Below are positions 9,421 through 19,724 of a stretch of DNA of 64,000 bases, piece after piece. This stretch comes from Patescibacteria group bacterium (GTDB taxonomy: Bacteria > Patescibacteriota > WWE3 > UBA101185 > UBA10185). Position 1 is the stretch's first letter; each line of letters starts with the position of its first letter. Location of the stretch: positions 11,919 through 75,918 of the forward strand of contig BPJL01000004.1 in NCBI GenBank assembly GCA_026004595.1. Reading direction: 5' to 3'. Both the position numbers and the translations under genes were made by a program. The notes beneath the pieces were generated by a model, which saw only the letters and a program-made list of their open reading frames with translations, was not told the origin of the DNA and searched no databases.

Positions 9421-10566
9421 TCAGATGCCCCTTGGCCTAAATGTTGATACTTTTGTCCGCCCAAAAACTACCCTCTTGTTCGGAAGATTATCTATCGTAT
9501 AGAGTTTTACCGGCTTTTCAGTTCCAAAAACTAACCTTTTGGGATTGCTTTTTAACATCTCCCTGACAATCGAAATCAAATCCGATATTCCCTCCCCCGT
9601 CACCCCTGATATACCAATAACTTCAACCTTTTTCTCCTTGAAAACTTTTTTAATTTCTTCAAAAGCGCCTTTGATTTCCGTCACATCAATTTTATTTACA
9701 ACATTAATTTCGGGCTTTTCAGATAAACCTTTGCCATAGACTTCCAGCTCCTTTCGGATCTTGTAGTAGTTAGACAATGCATTATCGGCAAGAGATCCGC
9801 CCGAATGAGACTCGTATCCCTCTAGGGGATCGATTAAGTGCACCAATATTCTGGTTCTTTCAATATGCCTTAAGAATTCGTCACCCAGCCCTTTACCCTC
9901 CGATGCCCCCTCAATCAAACCGGGAATGTCTGCCAAAATTATGGTTTCTCCACCTTCGAGCTCCATTACACCGAGATTCGGCGACAGGGTTGTAAAGGGA
10001 TAGCTCCCAACTTTAGCTTCAGCATGAGTAAGCCTATTAAGCAAAGTGCTTTTTCCAGCATTAGGAAGACCAATAAGGCCTATATCGGCAACCAGCTTAA
10101 CCTCAAGCTTTACAATTTTTTCCTCGCCCTTAGTCCCATGTGTAAATTGGGTTGGAGTTCTGTTCGTAGCGCTTCTAAACCTAAAATTCCCTTTTCCCCC
10201 AATACCTCCTCTTGCTATCAAAAACTCCTGGCCATCTTCGCTGAGATCAGCTACAAGAATCTCTCTGTTATCCTTAATTTCGTAAACCAGGGTTCCTAAA
10301 GGAACAGGGATACGGAGGTCTTCTCCATCGGCGCCGAACATTTTTTTCTTGCCTCCGGGATCACCGTTTTGAGCGGCAAAAATATCTTTCGCCCTAAAAT
10401 CCCTCAATGTGGCCAAGTTTCTATCGGCCACAAAATAAACATCTCCTCCGTCTCCCCCATCGCCACCATCCGGCCCACCTTTTGGAGCCCCTCTTCCGCG
10501 CAAAAAAGAGACCTTGCCATCTCCACCGTCACCTGCTTTTACTTTTATCTTTACCAAATCAATCAT
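9421..10566 (-). CDS. obg: GTPase Obg/CgtA
   Basis: Glycine-rich Obg fold at the N-terminus (GGDGGDGGDGGDVYFV) and G1 motif LIGLPNAGKSTLLN. Confidence 0.85.
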   Translation of the reverse strand: MIDLVKIKVKAGDGGDGKVSFLRGRGAPKGGPDGGDGGDGGDVYFVADRNLATLRDFRAKDIFAAQNGDPGGKKKMFGADGEDLRIPVPLGTLVYEIKDNREILVADLSEDGQEFLIARGGIGGKGNFRFRSATNRTPTQFTHGTKGEEKIVKLEVKLVADIGLIGLPNAGKSTLLNRLTHAEAKVGSYPFTTLSPNLGVMELEGGETIILADIPGLIEGASEGKGLGDEFLRHIERTRILVHLIDPLEGYESHSGGSLADNALSNYYKIRKELEVYGKGLSEKPEINVVNKIDVTEIKGAFEEIKKVFKEKKVEVIGISGVTGEGISDLISIVREMLKSNPKRLVFGTEKPVKLYTIDNLPNKRVVFGRTKVSTFRPRGI

Positions 10567-10613
10567 ATTAAAAATCTTGCCCCCCGGACCCAGCCAATAA
10601 TTACATCCAGCAA

Positions 10614-11828
10614 CTATTGGACAAAATTAAACGGATCTTGAGCAATCCCATTATACTTAACCATGAAATGAACGTGTGTGCCTGTTGACCTGCCAGTGCT
10701 TCCCATCAACCCAATCACTTCTCCTCTGGACACGTTTTGCCCATAGCTTACATCTATTCGGCTCATGTGACCGTAAACGGTTTCATAACCATCACCGTGA
10801 TCTATCCTCACATGTAAACCGAGCCCAAACGGATCCCAACCTGCTCTGACAACCGTTCCCGATGCACAAGCAAGAAGTGGCGGGGATGGTATGTTCCTCG
10901 GAGTAGCTATATCTATTCCATTGTGATACCAGCTATAGTATTGTGTTATGACCCTCACAGTAGTAGGCCAAATACAGAAACCCCTGTCCGCCTCCGCAAC
11001 AGTACCGGGTCCAGTGGAAGGCACTCCCGAATAAATTGGGGCTATCGGTACAACCTTTGGAACCTTACCACCAGGTATGACAAGCTCTGTTCCTAAGGCT
11101 AGACTTGACGTGTCTAACAAATAGTTAAAATCAGCAATAGCCTGCATAGGAACATCGTACTTGGCGGCAATTGAAGAAAGAGTGTCTCCCCTCTCAACAG
11201 TGTGAATTAACCCAGCAACAGGCGGTATCGTTATCTCCTGCCCAATTTTAAGAATAGAATTATCTGATAGCTTATTAACGTATTTAATGGCGTCGGTGGA
11301 TATTTTGAATTTATTGCCTATGCTGTAAAGGGTATCTCCGGATTCAACTCTGTATATAAACGGCTCGGTCCTTTGCCGCATTTCGGGCAAAGTTGTAACC
11401 GCCATCTCTTTTTTAGGAATGATATCGCTAGAGGTTGGTATATAGTCGGCTCTCACCTCTGGACTGGCAATAAAATCGTAGCTACTCAAAACCTCTCCAA
11501 TTGTAAAAACGACTAAAGAAACACCTACTACGGTCGCAAAAGCCAACGGCCTTCCGATCTTACCTCTTGACCAAATAAGCTTTTTAACAAGAAACGACTT
11601 GGCCGAAGATGGCAATTTCAATATAAAAATTACAAAAGATCCGGCCAAGAAGAACAAGTCTGTAAGCTTATTCCAAATATACTCTAATAGCGAACGGATA
11701 AACTCCGCCCATACATTTAATAACTGCTCAAATTTGTTCCGTCCGCGTGGTCTAAATCCTTCAAAACTTAGCTGAAAAAAGCGTTTAGACGCCGGGCGTT
11801 TGATAGTGAAAACCATAGTATGCGCCAC
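10614..11828 (-). CDS. Membrane-anchored LysM (x2) M23-family peptidoglycan metallo-endopeptidase
   Basis: Two LysM motifs (YRVESGDTLYSIGNKF; HTVERGDTLSSIAAKY) and an M23 catalytic core HNGIDIA...HVRIDHGDGYETVYGHM...GSTGRSTGTHVHF. Confidence 0.75.
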   Translation of the reverse strand: MAHTMVFTIKRPASKRFFQLSFEGFRPRGRNKFEQLLNVWAEFIRSLLEYIWNKLTDLFFLAGSFVIFILKLPSSAKSFLVKKLIWSRGKIGRPLAFATVVGVSLVVFTIGEVLSSYDFIASPEVRADYIPTSSDIIPKKEMAVTTLPEMRQRTEPFIYRVESGDTLYSIGNKFKISTDAIKYVNKLSDNSILKIGQEITIPPVAGLIHTVERGDTLSSIAAKYDVPMQAIADFNYLLDTSSLALGTELVIPGGKVPKVVPIAPIYSGVPSTGPGTVAEADRGFCIWPTTVRVITQYYSWYHNGIDIATPRNIPSPPLLACASGTVVRAGWDPFGLGLHVRIDHGDGYETVYGHMSRIDVSYGQNVSRGEVIGLMGSTGRSTGTHVHFMVKYNGIAQDPFNFVQ

Positions 11829-11923
11829 CCAATCGGCGCTTTACCGATTTTACCAACATGTTGTAATATCGGCAAACTAAAACACCGCTGGAAAAGGATC
11901 CGTACATAATCGTCCTAAAAAGA

Positions 11924-13282
11924 TTATGCTCCTGTGTGAAGGGTATCAAGAAATTCCTTATTGCTCTTGGTTTTCTTCAAGCGCTCTATAACAAGATCCG
12001 TAGCATCTCGATCATCAAGAAGATCCACCATTCTTCTTAATCTGTAAACCTTTTCTAGAGTTGTTGGGTCAAAAAGCTGTTCCTCGTGCCTTGTTCCGCT
12101 TGATTTTATATCAATAGCCGGGAATATACGCCTTTCAGAAAGACTCCTGTCCAAACGCAATTCCATATTTCCAGTACCTTTAAACTCTTCAAATATAACA
12201 TCATCCATTCTTGAACCGGTTTCAACTAGCGCTGTGGCTATAATCGTTAAACTACCTTTTTCTTCAAAGTTTCTGGCTGCTCCAAAAAAGTGCTTAGCCG
12301 GGTACAAAGCCGCCGGATCGAAACCACCGGTTAACGTTCTTCCTGAAGGCGGGGCAACCATATTGTAGGCACGAGCGAGCCTGGTAATAGAATCCATTAA
12401 TATGACCACATCTCTGCCTCTTTCAGCTAGTCTTTTGGCCCTTTCAAGGCAAAGCTCCGAAACACGGGTTTGCTCCTCTGCCCTTTCGTCAAAGTTGCTT
12501 GCATACACCTCGCCTTTGACATTTCTGCTGAAATGCGTGACTTCTTCGGGTCTCTCACCAATTAACGCTACCATTAACACAATATCCGGATAGTTAGTTG
12601 TTATACCATTGGCAATATCCATTAACAGAAATGTTTTTCCCGCTTTTGGAGGAGCTACCAGCATAGCTCTCTGTCCCTTACCAATAGGTGCAATCAAATC
12701 TATTAGCCTGGTGGATATGACATCTTTTGTAGTTTCAAGCTTCAACCATTCGTCAGGAAATATGGGTGTGAGTTCGGCAAAATGAGGCCTTTTCTTGGCA
12801 GTATCCGGATCCAGACCCTCCACTGACTCTATCCTCAAAAGAGATAGGTATCTCTCCCCTTCTTTAGGAGGTCGGGCGTATCCCTTTATCATATCCCCTT
12901 TTCTTAAACTAAATCTTTTTATCTGCGAATGGCTGATATAAACATCGCGAGGAAGATCAGATTCTACTCTTTCTTTTTGTCTTATAACTCCATAATCGTT
13001 GAGTACTTCGAGCATTCCTTCTATAGCGACAGCGTCACCATTTGAAACTGAATCTTCAAATGAGGAGTAATGAGTTTTTGTCTGATAAGAAGAAGGTTGC
13101 GGTGTAGACACCTCTTTAGCGTCGTTTTCTAAGTTCACAGTGGTAAGCGGTTCTGACGGCGCGTCATCTGAAGCCCTTGAGCGATAAGCTTTTCTTCTGG
13201 ACACATCATTGTCCGAAGATTGAACACTATTATTAGTCAAATTGTTATTATTACTTGCATCTGCAGGTTTTTTTATTGGCAT
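11924..13282 (-). CDS. rho: Transcription termination factor Rho (with an N/S-rich N-terminal extension)
   Basis: Walker A LIAPIGKGQRAMLVAPPKAGKT, RNA-binding OB-like region, and C-terminal RLDRSLSERRIFPAIDIKSSGTRHEE. About 70 N-terminal low-complexity residues precede these. Confidence 0.85.
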   Translation of the reverse strand: MPIKKPADASNNNNLTNNSVQSSDNDVSRRKAYRSRASDDAPSEPLTTVNLENDAKEVSTPQPSSYQTKTHYSSFEDSVSNGDAVAIEGMLEVLNDYGVIRQKERVESDLPRDVYISHSQIKRFSLRKGDMIKGYARPPKEGERYLSLLRIESVEGLDPDTAKKRPHFAELTPIFPDEWLKLETTKDVISTRLIDLIAPIGKGQRAMLVAPPKAGKTFLLMDIANGITTNYPDIVLMVALIGERPEEVTHFSRNVKGEVYASNFDERAEEQTRVSELCLERAKRLAERGRDVVILMDSITRLARAYNMVAPPSGRTLTGGFDPAALYPAKHFFGAARNFEEKGSLTIIATALVETGSRMDDVIFEEFKGTGNMELRLDRSLSERRIFPAIDIKSSGTRHEEQLFDPTTLEKVYRLRRMVDLLDDRDATDLVIERLKKTKSNKEFLDTLHTGA

Positions 13283-13394
13283 ATTTAATTGTTGAAATTG
13301 AAAAATATATACATCAATCTGTTTAAGGCACTTGCCTAAAGCCGGGAGATAGCCACTGCCCCATGCTACCTCCCGACTTCAAACCTCATCGTAT

Positions 13395-14054
13395 TTAAAG
13401 AGTTTCGATAAGCTCTGCCTTCACAACAAGCCGCTTGTCGTACGTAGACATACCCGGAAGCCAAACGCCGCCACATGTTATGAGGGTCATTTCCGCTTTG
13501 TCGCTTTTATCCTCAAGAACTTTAAGTCTATCGGGATCGTTGATATCTACTAGGAAAGAGTCAACAATTTGGTAAGCGTACAGCCTTCCTAAACTATCTT
13601 CTAAAAGAACTGTATCACCTACTGTTGCATTTTTCAACTGGTAAAACGCGGCTGGGCGGCCATAGTTATCATCGAAATGCGCGTTGATAATAATATTGCC
13701 TTTTTCTCCGGGTTTGGCGCTCTTTTTATACCATCCTGCCTCATTCCAGTTTTTAGGGGTGTCCAAAGAGCCGTCGCCAGACACACCAACTTCAACTATT
13801 TTTGCTGAAATATTTCTCTCTTTTATTGAAACTTTTACGGGAGGAAGGTAGATAGGTTCTATGGACGCCTCAAATACTGACTCCTGCTCCTGAACAGCCC
13901 CCTGCTCAACCGCCTCACGCTCCTTTTTGCTAAAAACACCAATTGCTACCCCGGCAAGAACCCCGTTCTTATACAAAATATAACCACCTCCGAAAAGGAT
14001 TAATAACACAAGAACAACAAATATGTACTTTTTCTTGCCTGGTGAACTGTTCAT
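13395..14054 (-). CDS. Sortase-family transpeptidase
   Basis: N-terminal TM anchor; catalytic triad context NIIINAHFD (His), MTLITCGG (Cys, TLxTC motif), DKRLVV (Arg). Confidence 0.75.
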   Translation of the reverse strand: MNSSPGKKKYIFVVLVLLILFGGGYILYKNGVLAGVAIGVFSKKEREAVEQGAVQEQESVFEASIEPIYLPPVKVSIKERNISAKIVEVGVSGDGSLDTPKNWNEAGWYKKSAKPGEKGNIIINAHFDDNYGRPAAFYQLKNATVGDTVLLEDSLGRLYAYQIVDSFLVDINDPDRLKVLEDKSDKAEMTLITCGGVWLPGMSTYDKRLVVKAELIETL

Positions 14055-14214
14055 AGGTAATGCTTCTTATAGTCTACAAAAACATTTAGGCAGAAGACAG
14101 AATGGTCGAGTAAGCGAACCCAAACCCAACCATTCTGCCCCCTGCCTAAACAGCAAAGGGCAAACGGGGATCTCGCGCCGGCATAGGCCGGCGAAGAGAA
14201 CTACATACAAAAAG

Positions 14215-14834
14215 TTACTTTCTCTTTCTCATCAAGGCTCCAGCTAGTAAAAGGCCGATTCCTGATATACCTGTGATTGAAACGGCACCGGTATTGGGGA
14301 GTTCTTTAGGTTTTCCTTTACCGTAACAAACGGTTGCGGTGTCAGAACCTTCAAACTCGTCATCCCAATAAACCTTGGCCTTATTTACAACACATTTATC
14401 AAAAGCCTCATCTCTGTCGAATTCGTCTTCATCAATCTGGGCCTTTATGATAAAAGTCTTGGTCTCGCCGGGATCAAAATCATCCCAATATTCAGTGAGG
14501 CCCGAGCCCCCTACTCTTTCCATTTCTTTGGGTAGAGAGTCTGACATCTTCATATCATCAAAGTCTTTATCAATATCCTCGTCTGAAAGGTTTTTGATTC
14601 TAATCCTAAACTCAACCACGTCATCTTCATCGACATCTGTGACTTTGGATTCCCAATCGTCGTCCCCTTCAATTCTTACTTTCTTCTCTATGCTAAACCT
14701 CTTGTTGTATATGCAGGTTTCTCCTCCCCCGTAATTTGACTCGCAGTCGGCAAGGGCTTTGTCATTTGACAAAAGGAACAAGCCGGCTACGAAGGCTGCC
14801 AAAGCTATTAACTTGTAACCTTTATTTTTCATTT
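14215..14834 (-). CDS. LPXTG (LPNTG) cell-surface protein, acidic, putative sortase substrate
   Basis: Signal peptide MKNKGYKLIALAAFVAGLFLLSNDKALA. The C-terminal sorting signal KELPNTG is followed by a hydrophobic stretch and an RKRK tail. The gene sits immediately downstream of the sortase gene. Confidence 0.65.
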
Positions 14835-14984
14835 TACTCAAATAATAAAACCCATACCCATCTTGCCCTAGGCAAGGTAAATATGCTGTTTTTGTTGATT
14901 TGGCAGGGAAAATAAGTACTCTTGGATTGGCTTCAGAAACCAATCGTGGCGGTATTTTAACCTAAAACACCCGTTCTGTCAACA

Positions 14985-16013
14985 CTATGGGACTTGGGGT
15001 TCCAAGAAGCCGTTTGGGTTCTTTTCAAACCATTTGACAAGGTTTCTTATGCTCTTCTCAAGGGTTGCGGCGGGTTTCCAACCAAGTTTTTTGCTTGCCT
15101 TGCCAAAATTCGCAAAGCTTTCAGAATATTCGCCAGGCCTAGCCTCCCCGGGGGATCTATCCAGCTTTTTTCCAACAAGCTTTTCAACCTGCTCAATAAT
15201 TTCGTAGACAGAATATCCCCTGCCCGTTCCCAAATTAAATATGTCGCTCTCGCCGCCCTTTTCTAGATACAACATTGCCATATAGTGAGCATCTGCCAAA
15301 TCACAAACATCGACATAGTCTCTAACCGGCGTCCCGTCTCTAGTGTTAAAGGTGTTTGCGCATGTAACCTTAAACGGTGCCAACCCCAGCGTTCCTCTAA
15401 CTGCGTTGGGCACTAAGTGTGTGGGAGGATATGAACTGTATCCAATATCAGAATCGTGGTCGGCGCCAATAACATTGAAGTAGCGGAAAATAACATACTT
15501 TAGTTTGAATATGTCCGCGTACCACTTTATGGCTTTCTCCACCATAAGTTTGGACTCACTGTATGGGTTTGTGGGGTTAAGGGGATGTTCTTCATCCATT
15601 GGTACATACTGCGAGTCTCCATACACAGCACAGGTTGAAGAAAATATCACATTTTTGATACCGGCGTCTTTCATTGACTCCAACAAATTAACGGAACCGG
15701 CAAGGTTGTTGATAAAATATTTTCTTGGGTCTCGCATGGATTCACTTACAACAAGAGCCCCAGCAAAATGCAGAACAGTTGCTGCTGCTTTTAAAGGACC
15801 TTGGGAAAATAACTGATGAACCTTTTCAAAATCTGTCAGGTCAGCTTCAATTACCTCAAGCTCTCCATATTTTTTGAGGTTGTCCAGCGCCTGTCTGAAT
15901 CCTGTTGAAAAGTTGTCTAAAACAAAGACTTTGTGTCCCTCCTTTAGAAATTTTTTAACAACGTGGCTTCCAATGTACCCTCCCCCGCCGGTTATCAATA
16001 CTTCACTCTTCAT
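14985..16013 (-). CDS. galE: UDP-glucose 4-epimerase (NAD-dependent epimerase/dehydratase)
   Basis: N-terminal ITGGGGYIGSH Rossmann motif, YxxxK catalytic region and GalE-like length. Confidence 0.8.
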   Translation of the reverse strand: MKSEVLITGGGGYIGSHVVKKFLKEGHKVFVLDNFSTGFRQALDNLKKYGELEVIEADLTDFEKVHQLFSQGPLKAAATVLHFAGALVVSESMRDPRKYFINNLAGSVNLLESMKDAGIKNVIFSSTCAVYGDSQYVPMDEEHPLNPTNPYSESKLMVEKAIKWYADIFKLKYVIFRYFNVIGADHDSDIGYSSYPPTHLVPNAVRGTLGLAPFKVTCANTFNTRDGTPVRDYVDVCDLADAHYMAMLYLEKGGESDIFNLGTGRGYSVYEIIEQVEKLVGKKLDRSPGEARPGEYSESFANFGKASKKLGWKPAATLEKSIRNLVKWFEKNPNGFLEPQVP

Positions 16014-19000
16014 AAGCCTCCTTGTATCTAATGAAATAAAAAGCTAGAAGCGGGAGAATCAAAAGGCCAATGTATTCAAGAATCTCAGGCCAGAAAATAA
16101 ACCTTACCCTTGAAATATCTGCCGCCGTGTCAAAAACCCATCCGTTCGCCCAGTTATTTACGCTGACATGCCGAGCCTTGCAAGGCGCAACGCCGCACAA
16201 AGCAACCCATCCCTTTTCATAGGCCTCGTTGAGAACTAAAAGTTTAGCTCCTGTATCTGGCGCGACTTCAGTATGGTAATTCCTCAAATATTCATAGGGC
16301 ATTGGCGTCATCCTTACAACCTCAAGCTGGTTCTCGGTGTAATCGTTGCCAAATACAAGGTTAGAAAAGTTTACGGTATACCCCATCTCATTGCCCATCG
16401 GAGGTATCAAATAATAGTAACTTTGCATCCTATTTCTTTTGAGGAGTTCAACATACAAGTCGCATCTTTTGGAAAACTCATTGGTGAGACAAACACGCAA
16501 AGGAGCCCCCGCAACATTTCTTGCCCGAATTTCAAGAAGATAGCCGGTATTTTGGGGCAAGTACGGAAATGGAAAGGAGTCACAAATCGCGTTTTCCCCC
16601 GATGAATATGTCAAAACCCCTAGCTCCGAACCTAAAATCGGAATGTTCTCTTGGTTTTTGAGCAGATTGCAGTACCTGTGGTAATGATCTAAATCAACAG
16701 CTTTTCCGCCGAAAGACATATTTTCGTCAATTTTGTAGGGTTCTGACACAAACGGAGAAAGTACCTCTGAAACATCCAAATCTACAGGGGCGGAAACTAC
16801 GTTTTTTACCTTATAAAGCGTTGTGTTCCTAAATGTAGTAGATATTGGGCCCTCCCTTCCCAACGCATTGGAATTGAAACGCAAAAAGTAATGACTCATA
16901 TCGCCGCTGGCCGTAAACATGTGCACTCCGTCCCTATAAAAATTTTCACATAAACCCGATTTATCGCTAAATATACACACAGAATAAGGATTATCGGGCT
17001 CAACCTCCGTTTTCAGAATGTAGATAGGAGACCCCTCCGCTAAAAAAGCCCCAAGAGGAAGGGTTAGACAAGCTCTCACACCCTCACCAATCAAGGTAAA
17101 TCCATCATTAAGATACCTAACCTCGTAGGAGCTAAGTTCATAAAGACCGCTGCATGGTTCGAGCTGCCCGAGATATTCGGTTGAAAGAGGCTCTCCTTGA
17201 TCCATCGCATAGATATTCACAATGTTGGATCCCGAATCTCCGATCTTGTAATAAAAAGTGGTTTCCTTTGGGCCTAAATCATTTGGCCCAAAAAACAGCC
17301 CTCTGGGATCGTTGTTGACCGATATCACCACAGGCATGTCAACAGGCGTTCCTTCAATAAAAGCTGACCAAATTTCCTTTCCGGAAGATATATGACGTAC
17401 GGTAAACTTAAAACCTCCGGACTCCCCCTGTCTTTCAAACACTCCAACTAACGGAACTTGCCCTACCCCGCCCTTTTCAACAACACCTAAAACTGACTCG
17501 CTTCCGGTAACAAACTTGGGGTTAATAAATATGTTTCCGCCTACTGCTTGAACATGCTCCTCTTTCAGAGTTTCATCTGTATTCAATATACCTACATATG
17601 GAAAAGCCTCTTGGCCGCCACTCACGTAAGGTTGGTAGTATGAATATATTGGATCCCAAGGTTCCTTGTAAATCACATCTCCCACAGAATAGAACCGGTC
17701 GAAAGATTCCGATCTTGAGAAAGGAATGGCAGGCTCATACTCATACACATAAAGGCCTCCGCCAAAATCACGGGAAAGAGTTATACGCCCAGTATCAGCA
17801 AACAGCTTTTTTATTTCATCGTAGAAAAGCTGTTTCGCATCTGCCGCCGGAGCGATAATCGATTCGTCCAGCAACAACCATCTGATTTTGTACTTATCCA
17901 GTGTTTGCAACAGAAGAGCTGGGTTCCTTGAGTAAACCGCATATGACATTTCTCTGTAGTATTGCTCGTTAAGAAGGTTCCATCTATCAAACTCACGGTT
18001 TAGCAAAGGCTGCTTTATACCAAACCACAAGAACCCTGCTCCCTGATACCCAAGGCGTGTTGCGGGATCCCAGTCGTAATACATCCAGCCCCAAAAGGTA
18101 TGCACGGGAAAATCCGCTACTCTTCCATATTCCTCCCGAGAATCAAAATACTTAAACATCTCAAAGTATCTATCCGGAATGTTTACTTTCATTGACCGGC
18201 TGATTAAATTTCCAGCAAAGGCAGGCCACATATAATAAATAAGTAGGATGGTTGATGCTACTAGTACTGCCCCATGCACAAATTTTGGAAGCAGAACTTT
18301 GTGAGTGATTTTGTAGAAAAGGTTGGAATACCATGCAAGAGCATAGCCGAAAAAGGCGCTGTAAGAGAACATCAGTCCTATTGAAAACTTAGTGAACGGA
18401 AACCTGAAAGCCTCCTTGAAAAGCGGTACTATCTCCTGCAAAAGAACAAAGAGCCCTCCAAAGGGCGGATTAACATTGAATAGAAAAAATATGCCTATAG
18501 CGAAAAAGGTGAATACTCCGATAGCGAACTTTTCCCTTCTGATAAGAGTGGCCAGTATACCAAGACATATGAAAACAAACATGCCATAGCCGATTAGCAA
18601 AACTCCTGGGCTATCAAGATGCCTGACCCACTCATCCATTAACTCCCCATACTGCGCGTTGCCCACATGCTCTCCCCACCCAAACAAAAAGCTTCTTAAA
18701 ATCGCCACATCCTGGGTGCCCCCATATTTTTTGTTTGCCAAAAAGGCCTCGTTTGAGAAAAGACTGTGGATTTTGGACATATTCACTTCCCCGCCGTGGT
18801 TAACAGCAAAATAAGTGTTGGGAAGAAGCCAAAAAAGATTGGTGAGAAGCACGGAAACTAAGATTATCGTAGTTCTTTGAATATACTGCGGCTTCCAAAC
18901 CTTCCTCTGGGAAAGGTCAGACAACAAGACTACCGAAAAGTAGGCGGCAAAGTAAATAAAATAGGCGTAGAAAAGAGTGCTAGTATGAGCCTGCGATGCC

Positions 19001-19596
19001 CCGAACAACGTAAGAATGAAAAAAAGAAGTAAAAACTTTCTTTTTCCGGTTTGGTAGAACGAAGAAGAAGACCACATATACCAACCTAAAAACCCAAAAT
19101 GAGTCAAAAACATCTCCAAAGGAACGTAAAAATGCTGGAGGGTTCCGAGGTTTAGCAAATAAAAAAGTGCTCCAATGAAAGAACCAAGGTTGCGAGGCGA
19201 ATCCTGAAATTTTCTTAGAAGAATATCTTTAAGAAAAAAGTAAACTCCAAAAGGGCCGAGAAAAAGCATAAGAAAAGCGTAAGCGTAACGAATAAATTTG
19301 ATGCCAAAAAAGAGATTTATCAGCATCAGTATAAGCATTCGGGGTATTTCCGATGCGTGGGATTGCGAGGCAACAGCTCCCAATCCTTGATGCTCCTGCC
19401 ACACTCCCCCAAGAATGCGGCGCCAATACAAAGACATATTGAATTCGGGATGAAGGGTGTCCCATCCAGTTAAAAAGGTGTTTGGAACGTAGTTTTTTAT
19501 GCAAATTATTAGGATTATTACAAAGAGAAGTATCGGGTAAAAACCTATTTTGGGCAGGTTGTTGAATTTAAGAAAGGTCGGAATGTTGATATGCAC
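16003..19596 (-). CDS. Very large (1197 aa) polytopic membrane protein with an extracytoplasmic C-terminal domain; putative GT-C-type glycosyltransferase
   Basis: At least 15 predicted TM helices in the N-terminal 600 aa, then a ~550-aa soluble domain. The exact family could not be determined from sequence alone. Confidence 0.4.
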   Translation of the reverse strand: MHINIPTFLKFNNLPKIGFYPILLFVIILIICIKNYVPNTFLTGWDTLHPEFNMSLYWRRILGGVWQEHQGLGAVASQSHASEIPRMLILMLINLFFGIKFIRYAYAFLMLFLGPFGVYFFLKDILLRKFQDSPRNLGSFIGALFYLLNLGTLQHFYVPLEMFLTHFGFLGWYMWSSSSFYQTGKRKFLLLFFILTLFGASQAHTSTLFYAYFIYFAAYFSVVLLSDLSQRKVWKPQYIQRTTIILVSVLLTNLFWLLPNTYFAVNHGGEVNMSKIHSLFSNEAFLANKKYGGTQDVAILRSFLFGWGEHVGNAQYGELMDEWVRHLDSPGVLLIGYGMFVFICLGILATLIRREKFAIGVFTFFAIGIFFLFNVNPPFGGLFVLLQEIVPLFKEAFRFPFTKFSIGLMFSYSAFFGYALAWYSNLFYKITHKVLLPKFVHGAVLVASTILLIYYMWPAFAGNLISRSMKVNIPDRYFEMFKYFDSREEYGRVADFPVHTFWGWMYYDWDPATRLGYQGAGFLWFGIKQPLLNREFDRWNLLNEQYYREMSYAVYSRNPALLLQTLDKYKIRWLLLDESIIAPAADAKQLFYDEIKKLFADTGRITLSRDFGGGLYVYEYEPAIPFSRSESFDRFYSVGDVIYKEPWDPIYSYYQPYVSGGQEAFPYVGILNTDETLKEEHVQAVGGNIFINPKFVTGSESVLGVVEKGGVGQVPLVGVFERQGESGGFKFTVRHISSGKEIWSAFIEGTPVDMPVVISVNNDPRGLFFGPNDLGPKETTFYYKIGDSGSNIVNIYAMDQGEPLSTEYLGQLEPCSGLYELSSYEVRYLNDGFTLIGEGVRACLTLPLGAFLAEGSPIYILKTEVEPDNPYSVCIFSDKSGLCENFYRDGVHMFTASGDMSHYFLRFNSNALGREGPISTTFRNTTLYKVKNVVSAPVDLDVSEVLSPFVSEPYKIDENMSFGGKAVDLDHYHRYCNLLKNQENIPILGSELGVLTYSSGENAICDSFPFPYLPQNTGYLLEIRARNVAGAPLRVCLTNEFSKRCDLYVELLKRNRMQSYYYLIPPMGNEMGYTVNFSNLVFGNDYTENQLEVVRMTPMPYEYLRNYHTEVAPDTGAKLLVLNEAYEKGWVALCGVAPCKARHVSVNNWANGWVFDTAADISRVRFIFWPEILEYIGLLILPLLAFYFIRYKEAYEE

Positions 19597-19724
19597 TTTT
19601 TAAGTATAGGTTTTATGGGGGGTTTGGGCAATTGCTGACGCAAATCTGGCATTGGCATGTGGCAAGTATAAAAAAACGGCACCGAGAGTGGATATTATCC
19701 AATTCATCTCGATGCCGCGTAGTT

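Noticed and set aside
14055-14215. Inverted repeats (cagaatggt…accattctg and cgccggc-atag-gccggcg) between the sortase and LPXTG genes as terminators
   Set aside because: Neither is followed by a T-tract on the strand where a gene ends. They may be a regulatory or attenuator structure, but the evidence is too weak to call.
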